60,288 bases of DNA. Origin: an uncultured Gammaproteobacteria bacterium. Lineage in GTDB: Bacteria; Pseudomonadota; Gammaproteobacteria; SZUA-229. Under the pieces are notes generated by a model. That model ran no database searches and was not told the DNA's origin. It was given only the letters and a program-made list of their open reading frames with translations. The translations under genes were made by a program, and so were the position numbers. Where the stretch lies: the NCBI GenBank assembly GCA_963924875.1, contig CAWUSX010000003.1, positions 1 to 60,288 of the forward strand, given 5' to 3'. Positions 38,219 through 47,717 of the stretch are shown here, in pieces (position 1 is the stretch's first letter; each line of letters begins with the position of its first letter).

Positions 38219-38950
38219 TTAGTTATATGAGTTATCTTCCAGTGTGGGTGCATTAACTGGTTCGTGGTGTTGTTTCTGCTCTTTATTGAGCGGATTATCA
38301 ACACGGATCAGTTCATCCTTATGGATAGTGATCTTGTTCTTACGGCGTGGTAAGTAATGGTTAGATGGCTGTGTGCCCCACTCAGGCATTAGCTGGTAAC
38401 CACCTTCTTCACGAATCATTTCAGAAACCTCTGAATCAGGATCATGTACGTCACCAAATAAACGCGCATTGGTAGGACAGGCTAATACACAAGCTGGCTT
38501 ACGCTCAGACTCTGGTAGTGCTTCGTCATAAATACGATCCACACACAGCGTGCATTTCTTCATTACTTTCTGGTGTTCATCGATTTCACGCGCACCGTAT
38601 GGGCAGGCCCATGAACAGTACTTACAACCGATACACTTATCGTAATCAACCAGAACAATACCGTCTAGTTCACGCTTGTAACTTGCGCCCGTTGGGCAAA
38701 CAGGTACACAAGGTGGTTCTTCACAATGCAGGCAAGACTTAGGAAAGTGAACGGTTTCCGTTTTAGGGAACTCGCCAATTTCATAGGTTTGTACACGGTT
38801 AAAAAACGTACCGTTCGGATCTTTCTGGTATGGGTTGTCGTCAGACATGAAGCCCGCAGGACCAGATGTGTTCCATTCTTTACAGGATGTTACGCAAGCA
38901 CTACAGCCTACACATACATTCAGGTCAATTATCAGAGCTAGCTGAGTCAT
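38219..38950 (-). CDS. soeB: 4Fe-4S dicluster subunit, SoeB
   Basis: CVGCSACVTSC, CLHCEEPPCVPVCP, CIGCKYCSWACP, CTLC...CVLACP. Confidence 0.85.
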   Translation of the reverse strand: MTQLALIIDLNVCVGCSACVTSCKEWNTSGPAGFMSDDNPYQKDPNGTFFNRVQTYEIGEFPKTETVHFPKSCLHCEEPPCVPVCPTGASYKRELDGIVLVDYDKCIGCKYCSWACPYGAREIDEHQKVMKKCTLCVDRIYDEALPESERKPACVLACPTNARLFGDVHDPDSEVSEMIREEGGYQLMPEWGTQPSNHYLPRRKNKITIHKDELIRVDNPLNKEQKQHHEPVNAPTLEDNSYN

Positions 38951-41859
38951 TATTTAGCCCCCTTCTTGTCAAACTTACCGGCAAAGAAGCCCAGCCATTT
39001 ACGGCGTATGCTCATACCTGGTAAAATTTTCATTGATTCATACTGCGGTAATGTATGGTCGGCATCGTCTTCTGCTTTGTAAACACGTACACGTACGTCA
39101 TACCATGCAGCCTGACCGGTTACCGGATCAGAGTTAGAGATGTGATCACCGCATGCGTTCTTCGGAAGCTCTTCAGCAATCAGGTGATTCAGCAAGAAAC
39201 CTTGTTGTGATTCATTTGCGTCATCACTTAGGTTCCATGCGCCTTTTGCCTTACCAATCGCATTCCATGTCCATACCGTGCCTGGTTCTAATGCTTCAGA
39301 GAAGCGAGCCATGCAGCGGACTTTGCCGTGCATCGATTCAACGTAAATCCAGTCGCCATCTTTAAAGCCATGCTTGTCGCCCAGTGATGGGTGAACATGC
39401 ATGTAGTTGTGCGCATGAATTTGACGTAACCAGGCATTCTGCGAATCCCATGAGTGATACATCGCCATTGGGCGCTGTGTGAGTGCATTCAGCGGGTACT
39501 TTTGAGTATCCGTTAACTGGCCTTCAAGGGTTTCTGAGTAGAACGGCAACGGATTGAAGTGTTCTTCAACACGCTTACGCAAATGGTCAGGTGGCTGACG
39601 ACCAAGGCGCTTGCCCTGTGCTGCTAAACGGAACTTTTGCAGAATTTCAGAGTAGATATGGATGTTAATTGGCTCATTGTAGCGCGTTAAGCGATGATCC
39701 TGTGCCCACGTTAAGTAACCCTGATTCCAGTTACGCATGTACTGGTAAGAAACCGGTAAGTGATACTGGTAAACGCAGTTGTTCTTTTCGTACATTTCCC
39801 ACTGGTTAGGATTCGGCTCGCCCTTCATGAACTTCTCGCCACCTTTGCCACGCCATCCAGCAAGGAAACCGATACCAGAACCTGGCTCAGTTTCAAAGTT
39901 GGTGATGAACTCCGGGTAATCGCGGTACTTACGCGAACCATCCTTATTAACAAAGACAGGCAGCTTTAAACGCGTACCTAATTCAATTAATACTTCCTGG
40001 AAAGGCTTACATTCACCTTTTGGTGGAACAACCGGAATACGTACCGAGTCAACCGGGCCGTCATATTCTGAGATAGGACGATCCAGCATCGACATTACAT
40101 CGTGACGCTCAAGATAGGTTGTATCGGGTAGAACCAGGTCGGCAAATGCAACCGTTTCTGAATGGAAGGCATCCGCCACAATCAGGAATGGAATCTTGTA
40201 TTCGCCGTCTTCGTCTTTGTCGTTCAGCATATCGCGAATGGCATTGGTGTTCATCGACGAGTTCCACGCCATATTTGCCATAAAGATCATCATGGTGTCT
40301 ATTTTGTACGGGTCGCCGCGCCATGCATTGGTTATTGCGTTATGCATCATACCGTGTGCCGACAATGGGAATTCCCAGGAGAAGCCCTTATCTAAACGAA
40401 CCGGCTCACCTTTGTCATCAATAAATAAATCTTCAGGTGAAGCAGGAAAACCAAGTGGCATACCACCCAATGGCGTATTTGGCTTAACGCCTTCTGGGCC
40501 TTTAGGTGTTTTTGCACAAGGTGGAATCGGACGTGGGAACGGTGCCTTATGACGGAAACCACCTGGACGATCAATTGTACCTAAGATAGACATCAATATA
40601 GACAGGCCACGAATCGTCTGGAAGCCATTAGAGTGTGCAGCCAGGCCACGCATTGCGTGGAAAGAAACCGGGTTACCGGTTACCGATGCATGCTCACGAC
40701 CCCATGTGTCCGTCCAGGCGATTGGCAGCTCGATCTTTTCATCACGTGCCACAATACCCATTTCATGTGCAAGGCGAACAATGGTTTCTGCAGGAATCCC
40801 TGTAACAGCAGAGGCCCACTCAGGGGTGTACTCTTCAACCGACTCTTTTAATAACTGGAATGAAGGCTTAACCGGTGTGCCGTCATCAAGCGTGAATTCA
40901 CCGAGTAAGAATGGATCAGTACCTTCAGAATGCGTACGCACTGCCTTGTTGGTGTGACGATCCCACCACATCTGATTCTGGTGATCGAAACAGCCTTCTT
41001 CGCTTTCATGGTCTTTCATACGAATGAACATGCCGTGGTCTGCAGACGATTCGTCACAGTTAACCAGCTGGCCAGCGTTTGAGTAGTCTTGAACAAATTC
41101 ACGGTCGTATAAACCGGTATCAATTAACTCACGCACAATAGCAAGAATAAGCGCGTTATCAGTGCCGGGTTTAATTGGCACCCATTCATCTGCAATCGCA
41201 GAGTAACCCGTGCGCACAGGGTTAATGGAAATGAAGCGGCCGCCGTTACGCTTGAACTTGGAGAGCATCATTTTCATTGGGTTAGAGTGGTGATCTTCTG
41301 CGGTGCCGATCATAATGAAAAGCTTGGAGCGTTCCAGATCAGGGCCACCGAATTCCCAGAAGGAGCCACCGATAGAGTAGATCATGCCAGCCGCCATATT
41401 GACTGAGCAGAATCCGCCGTGTGCAGAGTAGTTAGGCGTGCCGTAGTTCTTCGCGAACATACCGGTTAACGCCTGCATCTGGTCACGGCCAGTAATCAGG
41501 GTGAATTTTTTAGGGTCGGTCGCGCGAATATTCGCCAGACGCTCTTCCATCATGTCGAATGCCTTATCCCACGAAATTTCTTCGAAGTCAGCATCACCAC
41601 GGTTTGCACCTGGCTTGCGCATTAATGGCTTTGTTAGGCGCGCGGGTGAGTACTGCTTCATGATACCTGAAGCGCCCTTCGCACAAATAACACCCTTATT
41701 TAATGGGTGATCTGGATTGCCCTGAATGTAACGTACTTCGTTATCGCGCAATGTAACGCGGATACCGCAGCGACACGCGCACATGTAACAAGTAGTATTT
41801 TTAGTTTCGACATGACCTGCAGGTTGCTTGGTCGCGTCGTGTATCACGCTTGTTGTCAT
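38950..41859 (-). CDS. soeA: Molybdopterin sulfite:quinone dehydrogenase catalytic subunit, SoeA
   Basis: 'TTCYMCACRCGI...GVICAKGASGIMKQYSPARL', 'HAMRGLAAHSNGFQT', 'MAMYHSWDSQNAWLRQI'; no Tat signal; followed by FeS and DmsC-type subunits. Confidence 0.85.
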   Translation of the reverse strand: MTTSVIHDATKQPAGHVETKNTTCYMCACRCGIRVTLRDNEVRYIQGNPDHPLNKGVICAKGASGIMKQYSPARLTKPLMRKPGANRGDADFEEISWDKAFDMMEERLANIRATDPKKFTLITGRDQMQALTGMFAKNYGTPNYSAHGGFCSVNMAAGMIYSIGGSFWEFGGPDLERSKLFIMIGTAEDHHSNPMKMMLSKFKRNGGRFISINPVRTGYSAIADEWVPIKPGTDNALILAIVRELIDTGLYDREFVQDYSNAGQLVNCDESSADHGMFIRMKDHESEEGCFDHQNQMWWDRHTNKAVRTHSEGTDPFLLGEFTLDDGTPVKPSFQLLKESVEEYTPEWASAVTGIPAETIVRLAHEMGIVARDEKIELPIAWTDTWGREHASVTGNPVSFHAMRGLAAHSNGFQTIRGLSILMSILGTIDRPGGFRHKAPFPRPIPPCAKTPKGPEGVKPNTPLGGMPLGFPASPEDLFIDDKGEPVRLDKGFSWEFPLSAHGMMHNAITNAWRGDPYKIDTMMIFMANMAWNSSMNTNAIRDMLNDKDEDGEYKIPFLIVADAFHSETVAFADLVLPDTTYLERHDVMSMLDRPISEYDGPVDSVRIPVVPPKGECKPFQEVLIELGTRLKLPVFVNKDGSRKYRDYPEFITNFETEPGSGIGFLAGWRGKGGEKFMKGEPNPNQWEMYEKNNCVYQYHLPVSYQYMRNWNQGYLTWAQDHRLTRYNEPINIHIYSEILQKFRLAAQGKRLGRQPPDHLRKRVEEHFNPLPFYSETLEGQLTDTQKYPLNALTQRPMAMYHSWDSQNAWLRQIHAHNYMHVHPSLGDKHGFKDGDWIYVESMHGKVRCMARFSEALEPGTVWTWNAIGKAKGAWNLSDDANESQQGFLLNHLIAEELPKNACGDHISNSDPVTGQAAWYDVRVRVYKAEDDADHTLPQYESMKILPGMSIRRKWLGFFAGKFDKKGAK

Positions 41860-41890
41860 ACTTCGGTCCTGCCCTTACAAGTGACAGAGC

Positions 41891-41919
41891 ATTATATTGA
41901 CTGAGATCAATAATGCTAA
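41891..41919 (-). promoter_or_regulatory. Putative sigma70 promoter of soeABC with FNR-like box in the spacer
   Basis: Minus strand TTAGCA-N17-TATAAT; the spacer holds TTGAT-ctca-GTCAA (41910-41897); AGGA SD 7 nt before the soeA ATG. Confidence 0.55.
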
Positions 41920-42452
41920 TCATCTTTGTTAAGCGAATCATAAAATTCTTATATGCTGGATTATTAAAATTAATACCTACCCTAATAGGGATTATTGGCA
42001 AAAGGAGTAGTGATATAGCATATAAAGGCAGAGTTCACATGGCGTCAAAGCTCGATGTGGCGGGGTTTATAGCTGGGAAGTTACACGTCGGCATATAGCG
42101 CCTGTTGCTAAGTATCTGTTTTTGTGGCGATTAATGTTTCAATTAAAGGAGTGATAATAAAGAGTGTTGGGGTGACTTTATAAAGACATGAGGCGACAAA
42201 CGGGGTCTGGAATTACAATTATATTTGCCAGATAGTTGACCTCAAATAATAACCCTACAAGGTATGGTGTAGCGAATATTCAATTAATCTTATATGATTC
42301 ATGCCACGTTACTCAGGTATTGTTGATTAAATGATACTGAGCTGAACAACCCCGTCAATATTGTCGAGCAAATAAAATTCAGGGCTCAGATGATCGCTTC
42401 ATTCGTAACGGGTCAAATTCAAGCGTAAGAACTTACGCGAGGAAGTCAGGTC

Positions 42453-43439
42453 ATGTCAGAAACATCGTTAGTTGATCAATTTGGACGAAGTATCGATTAC
42501 GTGCGCGTGTCAGTTACTGATCGATGCGATCTGCGTTGCAGTTATTGCATGCCAAAACACTTCCGTGATTTTCATGAGCCAGAAGAGTGGCTAACTTTTG
42601 ATGAAATAGAAAGAGTTATTGCTGCGTTTACACGCATGGGTACAAAACGAATCCGCTTGACCGGTGGTGAGCCATTGGTTAGAAAAAATGTCCCTGAGTT
42701 AGCAAAGCGACTATCGGCATTGCCCGGCCTGGAAGATCTATCAATCAGCACCAACTGTACGCGCATGAACAAATACGCGGAAGAATTAAAAACAGCGGGT
42801 ATTAGTCGTATCAATGTGAGCCTTGATAGTTTGAATGCCGAAACATTCAAAAAACTCACCGGCGGAAAGTTAGAAAAAGTAATTGATGGATTAATGGCTG
42901 CAAAAGCAGCTGGCTTGAGTCCCATAAAAATTAACATGGTATTAATGAAAGATGTGAATGACCATGAAGTGGAAAGCATGGTTGAGTTTTGTGCGACCCA
43001 TGGATTTACGCTACGTTTTATAGAAACCATGCCAGTGGGCGATATGGGACGTAAGGCAACTGAAAAGTTTGTGAACCTGCAAGATATTAAAGCGCGTCTT
43101 GCCAAAAGTTTTGATCTAGTGCCCGGCGTTATGCCAGGTGGTGGCCCGGCGCGATATATGAATGTTGTGGGCACCGATATTAATATAGGCTTTATTACGC
43201 CGTTATCGCAGCACTTCTGTGAAACCTGTAATCGAGTTCGTTTATCCGTTGATGGCACTATATATACCTGCTTAGGGCAGGAAGATAACTTTGAGCTGCG
43301 TCCATTATTGCGTGCAGGTATTTCAGATGAAGAATTAGAGCAGGCTATTTTAACGGCGATTAATCTAAAACCTGAAAAACATGAGTTTAATGAAAACCCA
43401 GAAAAAGTATTACGCTTTATGTCATATACGGGTGGCTAG
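42453..43439 (+). CDS. moaA: GTP 3',8-cyclase
   Basis: CDLRCSYC, 'RLTGGEP', 'CETCNRVRL...C', terminal 'MSYTGG'. Confidence 0.96.
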   Translation: MSETSLVDQFGRSIDYVRVSVTDRCDLRCSYCMPKHFRDFHEPEEWLTFDEIERVIAAFTRMGTKRIRLTGGEPLVRKNVPELAKRLSALPGLEDLSISTNCTRMNKYAEELKTAGISRINVSLDSLNAETFKKLTGGKLEKVIDGLMAAKAAGLSPIKINMVLMKDVNDHEVESMVEFCATHGFTLRFIETMPVGDMGRKATEKFVNLQDIKARLAKSFDLVPGVMPGGGPARYMNVVGTDINIGFITPLSQHFCETCNRVRLSVDGTIYTCLGQEDNFELRPLLRAGISDEELEQAILTAINLKPEKHEFNENPEKVLRFMSYTGG

Positions 43440-43451
43440 TTTAATACTCGC

Positions 43452-44090
43452 TCATTCTTGCGAAGTTTCACGATAAAATAATCCCCAGTTCCAGGTTTTT
43501 ATAATTTCTTTGTCACACAATGCAAATGTCTCAACCTGCATATCAGGCAGGCTTAAAACCATACAGCTGTGATTGAACTGAGAACTTCCAGGGTTAATAA
43601 CCTGAACGCCTCCAATAAGCGTATTAAATACCTGATGCGTATGACCGATAATTAACACATCATAATTAAAGTCTTTAAGTGTTTCATTCCATGCATCTAA
43701 TCGGTGAGGGAAGATATTGCCCAGTGGATCAAGTAGCTTGATGCCGCCGTGTTGAAAATCAGGCGGATGAGCGTGTACAACATAAATACTTTTTCCCTCT
43801 ACCGTCAGGCATATGTAGAGAGGCAGTTTATTAAAAAACTGATTAATAAAATCGGCATCGTGAGAGTGTTTTAGCTGATCGGGTAAATAATCATGGTTGC
43901 CTGAGACTGTAAGGCAGTTATGAGATTGCAGAGTATGAATAACCTCAATTAATTCGTCCTCGCCATAACCTGCGACATCACCCGCACAGATGATCAAATC
44001 AACATTGTGCCGCGCAAAAATATTCATCGCCTGTTGAAGAGGCGCAAGCGTCGAATGAATATCACTGATTATGCCGATGCGTGTGGTCAT
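43452..44090 (-). CDS. Calcineurin-like metallophosphoesterase (YfcE/MJ0936 type)
   Basis: SDIH, AGD, GNHD, VHA, GHTH and NPGS motifs. Confidence 0.85.
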   Translation of the reverse strand: MTTRIGIISDIHSTLAPLQQAMNIFARHNVDLIICAGDVAGYGEDELIEVIHTLQSHNCLTVSGNHDYLPDQLKHSHDADFINQFFNKLPLYICLTVEGKSIYVVHAHPPDFQHGGIKLLDPLGNIFPHRLDAWNETLKDFNYDVLIIGHTHQVFNTLIGGVQVINPGSSQFNHSCMVLSLPDMQVETFALCDKEIIKTWNWGLFYRETSQE

Positions 44091-44195
44091 CTTAGTGTGT
44101 TATATATGTTAGAGAAATACTATACAGTATAGGATACACCCTAATAAGTGGTATAGTTGCGCGGTTTTTTTAACAGATATTTTTAAGTGAGTATT

Positions 44196-44489
44196 ATGAG
44201 TAAAGAAGAGAGAGATCAGGAATTTTGGGATATGACAGATGAATTTATTAATCTGGCAAATGCGCAGTGCGATAAACACAATAATGGCAAGGTTAGTACG
44301 TCAATTTTATTTTCCGCTGCACGTTTTAATGCCTTTATGTTTGCATCAAAAACAAAAGATGTTGCTGACTTAGTGAAAGACAAAGAATTAGCTATAGAGT
44401 ATTTCACCAGCCAGTATAAAAAAGTACTGGAAGAAAACTTAAATGATTATGAAAAAAATTATAATGATTACGTCGCCAAGAAAAGCTAA
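44196..44489 (+). CDS. DUF3144-like protein
   Basis: 'FWDMTDEFINLAN', 'AARFNAF', 'YFTSQYKKVLEENL'. Confidence 0.7.
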   Translation: MSKEERDQEFWDMTDEFINLANAQCDKHNNGKVSTSILFSAARFNAFMFASKTKDVADLVKDKELAIEYFTSQYKKVLEENLNDYEKNYNDYVAKKS

Positions 44490-44550
44490 AAATCTGTAGT
44501 CATTTATTGGCTGATATTATTAGGGTTTAAAGTAATATAAGTTCTTATTA

Positions 44551-45243
44551 TTACCAGGGAATAATAGAGCCATCAATTTCAAAGAAGCTACCACTGGTTT
44601 CCAGTGTTAGTTCATTAAGTATCTTTTTGAGCTGAGCTACACAGGCATGCGTACTGATCTCAGCATTAGGCCCGCCCATGTCCGTTTTTACCCAGCCTGG
44701 ATGCATGATTGCAACTTTAATTCCCCGTGGCTTAAGGTCAATGGCAACGCTGGTCATCACCGCATTTAATGCAGCCTTTGACGATCGATATAAATAACTG
44801 CCGCCGGAACCATTGTCTGCCATGCTGGCCATTTTACTGCTCATGCTTGCAACGGTTTTAAGCTGACTATTGGCTACGTGGCTAACAAAGGCCTCTGTTA
44901 CTTTCATTGGCGATATCGTATTAATACTGAAACACTCTAGCCACTGTTGCTCATCTGTGTTGCCAAAGTTTGCATCGTACGGGCCATAAATTCCCGCATT
45001 ATTAAATAAAATATCAATGGTAGTCTCTTTAAGTTCACTGGCTAAAGCGGCAATTTGCTGTGAGTCGCTTACATCAAGTGCATGTACTGAAATATTATCT
45101 TTTGAACCGGCAAGTTCCTGTAAAACACTTGCATCTCTAGGTGAGCGGCAGCAGGCGAATACATGCCAGTTTTCATCTGCATACTGTCTAACAAGCTCTA
45201 AACCAATGCCACGGTTACTACCGGTTATTAAAATAGTATTCAT
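44551..45243 (-). CDS. Short-chain dehydrogenase/reductase (CsgA/C-factor-like)
   Basis: 'TGSNRGIG', 'NNAG', 'YRSSK' (YxxxK), 'HPGWVKTDMGG'. Confidence 0.9.
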   Translation of the reverse strand: MNTILITGSNRGIGLELVRQYADENWHVFACCRSPRDASVLQELAGSKDNISVHALDVSDSQQIAALASELKETTIDILFNNAGIYGPYDANFGNTDEQQWLECFSINTISPMKVTEAFVSHVANSQLKTVASMSSKMASMADNGSGGSYLYRSSKAALNAVMTSVAIDLKPRGIKVAIMHPGWVKTDMGGPNAEISTHACVAQLKKILNELTLETSGSFFEIDGSIIPW

Positions 45244-45315
45244 AAATAGTCCCTGTATATTTTTTAATTGTTATATGGTCGCGGCTGAAGTGAAGGCGAC
45301 ATATTTATTGTGATA

Positions 45316-45750
45316 TTAACACGGCCACACGGGCATGTTATCTGCCCCGTATTGAGGGAATAATGTCACATGTTCTATCACATTATTTACAACCCAGAAT
45401 GATATCTCAGTGTCCTGACAAACGTAATCTTTTGTAGTTTCACTCAAGTCCTCATCGAGCACAATTGACGGCAGCTTTTCGATCAATATATTTATATTTA
45501 AACCGATGGGTTTAATATCATCCAGCTCTGCATCCTTCGCAGTAATGGTGATGGTAGATAAACGGTAATCTGTATCGGAATCAAAATTAAGCACAATGCC
45601 CAGCTCTGGATACATCCATGCCTCTGAAATAGTTCCGTCAGGCCATTCATCACTGCTCGAAGACTCGGGCTCACCAAGTAAATCAAACAGTGTCTGTTTC
45701 GTGCTACCAAGCACAATATGGCCGATGCCAACTAAGGGTTTTATTTTCAT
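45316..45750 (-). CDS. Hypothetical acidic protein
   Basis: 144-aa ORF of protein-like composition filling the gap between neighbours. Confidence 0.7.
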   Translation of the reverse strand: MKIKPLVGIGHIVLGSTKQTLFDLLGEPESSSSDEWPDGTISEAWMYPELGIVLNFDSDTDYRLSTITITAKDAELDDIKPIGLNINILIEKLPSIVLDEDLSETTKDYVCQDTEISFWVVNNVIEHVTLFPQYGADNMPVWPC

Positions 45751-45757
45751 AGGTGTC

Positions 45758-46132
45758 TTATGTGTTCTTAAATTTATTTAGTAGTGTTAAAGGCAGGGTA
45801 AGTATAAGGAGTATTGACCATTGCCATAAAGGTGAGTTTACATGAATGGTTGTAACATCGGTAATGGGGTGAACAAACACTGCATCAATTAATGTGAATA
45901 AGCCATAAAAACAGGTAACTATACTTATCGGCATAGCCGCAAGCGTGGTGTGTTTAGTCGCCAGCAGATTAATTAAAAACGCCAAATAGGCATAAGGCGA
46001 AACAAACCACACAATGGTGGCTATGGCAGCGGCGGTGTAATTCGCGCTAAAGGCATATATACAGATAGCCAGTGTGGCAAGTGCTGAAAATAGCGTGAGG
46101 GTCTTTGCGTAGATTTTGAGTTTTTTATGCAT
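45758..46132 (-). CDS. Hypothetical membrane protein (about 4 TM)
   Basis: Hydrophobic 124-aa ORF ending 7 nt upstream of the 45750 start on the same strand. Confidence 0.7.
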   Translation of the reverse strand: MHKKLKIYAKTLTLFSALATLAICIYAFSANYTAAAIATIVWFVSPYAYLAFLINLLATKHTTLAAMPISIVTCFYGLFTLIDAVFVHPITDVTTIHVNSPLWQWSILLILTLPLTLLNKFKNT

Positions 46133-46401
46133 GCGCTTGAGTTAAAAATATGATGAGTAATTATAGTTGTTTTTTATGTTGCAGGGAACTACGGTTTTAT
46201 TGTGGTTAATTGCCATGCCAGTGCATTTATTGATAGCTGTAATTAGTGTAAATAGCTAGTTTAAATATTTTTATATTTTTTCTTTTATATACCCCGTTCG
46301 AGTGATTTCATCTATCAAAAAATGTTCTATTGTTTCATCCAATGTTTCATTAAATGACAATCGTATATACTCATCCGAGATGAAACATTGTGAGTGTTTT
46401 A

Positions 46402-46704
46402 ATGATATCCCAGACAATTTTGATAAAGTTAATCGTAGTTGGTGCGGTGTGTAGTATAGGTGTGAGCTATGTGTTTTATGACGCTCGTACGGACAATGCC
46501 GGGAGTGATAGTACTCAGGACAACGCATTGATTATGAAAGCCGGTATGTTTTCCGCTTCCAGTGTATCCAGTCATTCCAATATAGAGAATGACTTTGGTT
46601 CTGGTGGTGAAGTTAATGATGATGGCAGCGAAAAAGATTCTGTGTCTTTGATGGGGTCTGCTGGTAGTTATCGTTATTCTAGGGTGGGTAAGGCTTATGA
46701 ATAG
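46402..46704 (+). CDS. Hypothetical protein or N-terminal gene remnant
   Basis: Signal/TM-like N-terminus followed by an S/G/D-rich linker; ends just before the repeat cluster. Confidence 0.35.
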   Translation: MISQTILIKLIVVGAVCSIGVSYVFYDARTDNAGSDSTQDNALIMKAGMFSASSVSSHSNIENDFGSGGEVNDDGSEKDSVSLMGSAGSYRYSRVGKAYE

Positions 46705-46780
46705 AGTTTATGTGTTTTTGATTTGTAGGTCTGAGTGGGTGTTTCGGGCGCACAACGTAGTCACTGGCTGAGCGTCTAAG

Positions 46781-46912
46781 TTTCGCCTGATGGCGACATA
46801 CTTTTTTATGAAAGCCATGGATGGCTTTCACCCTTCGGGCCATGCAGAGCATGTTCTAAAATGCTCCCCGCATTTTAGTGCTGCAGCCAAAAAAGTAAGC
46901 AAAAAGCCCGCT
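46781..46912. repeat. Palindromic extragenic element with a 71-bp multi-hairpin insert (46808-46878)
   Basis: Removing the insert restores TACTTTTTTTGCTGCAGCCAAAAAAGTA, a 28-bp palindrome with one mismatch. Confidence 0.75.
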
Positions 46913-46926
46913 CGTCTTTGTCGCTA

Positions 46927-47479
46927 GCCCTCATCAAAAAACAGATGAGGGTTCCTGAAAACTGTTTGTTACGCCTTTCGTGAATTTATTAATCTGTTAG
47001 TTCATTGCTTTTTTTCCGGGTCGTTTCGATGCGCCGTCCGGGCTTATTCGAAACTCACGCACATTCATTTTATTTGCCCCTTTAGCTATACAGTTTTCAG
47101 CTAGCAACAGGGCGGGTTGTCGCCAGACTGAAATTAATCTCTTCTGCTCTCGAAAAGCAAAGTCCTAAAGCGATTTCAATAGATGGGTGGATCAAACGAA
47201 GTGGATCCACCATTGTTATGAAGCATGGTGGAACCGCGTTGCTTGTTCCACCCTACAAAATCCTATGGGATTTATGAGCTTGCGAAAAACTTCCCTGTAC
47301 CTTGCCAAAAATTGTTTCTACCCAGGGGCAAAATCACACGGACGTGATTTTGAGGGTTGATAAGCCAGGACGGCGCATCAACCCGACCCGGAAACGAAGC
47401 TTTAAACTAACAGAATAATAAACACTTATATATTATCTTAAAGAATTTTTGGGAACCCTCATACGCTTTTCATGAGGGC
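46927..47479. repeat. About 550-bp element bounded by ~120-bp imperfect inverted arms (46927-47054 / 47354-47479)
   Basis: Matching blocks CCCTCAT..ATGAGGGTTCC, TTTATTA.TCTGTTAGTT and TTTCCGGGTC..TGCGCCGTCC.GGCTTA on opposite strands. Confidence 0.8.
47180..47256. repeat. Pair of inverted GTAG-type REP-like palindromes (REPIN/BIME-like)
   Basis: GGTGGATC-N-GATCCACC (47187-47211) and, on the minus strand, GTAG-GGTGGAAC-N-GTTCCACC (47256-47227), with a 15-nt spacer. Confidence 0.75.
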
Positions 47480-47717
47480 AAGGCGCCAGCAGGCGAACCT
47501 TGAAGTTGCAGTATGTTAGTGAAATTGATATATGTAAAATGTAAGATAACAATGGCATAGAAGTTAAGTGGTATTTGTCAGGTTTAATTGTCTTAATACG
47601 CAATTAAAAAGATATAGGTATTCTAATTACTTCTCTCCATAAATATCCGCATATAGGAATTAATCATAGGCACAACTTTGTAGTGTATTTAATATAAATG
47701 CTACACATCAAAATAGT

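Noticed and set aside
41913-42098. ORFs 41913..42098 (+) and 41801..42001 (-)
   Set aside because: Short, with no motifs, and overlapping the predicted soeA promoter.
42300-42452. Moco riboswitch or ModE box before moaA
   Set aside because: Only a small hairpin (GCGTAA-gaac-TTACGC) next to the SD; I could not match the Moco motif or a ModE consensus.
42572-43258. Long antisense ORFs (228 aa opposite moaA, 181 aa opposite batD, and similar)
   Set aside because: Shadow frames of conserved genes with no independent motifs.
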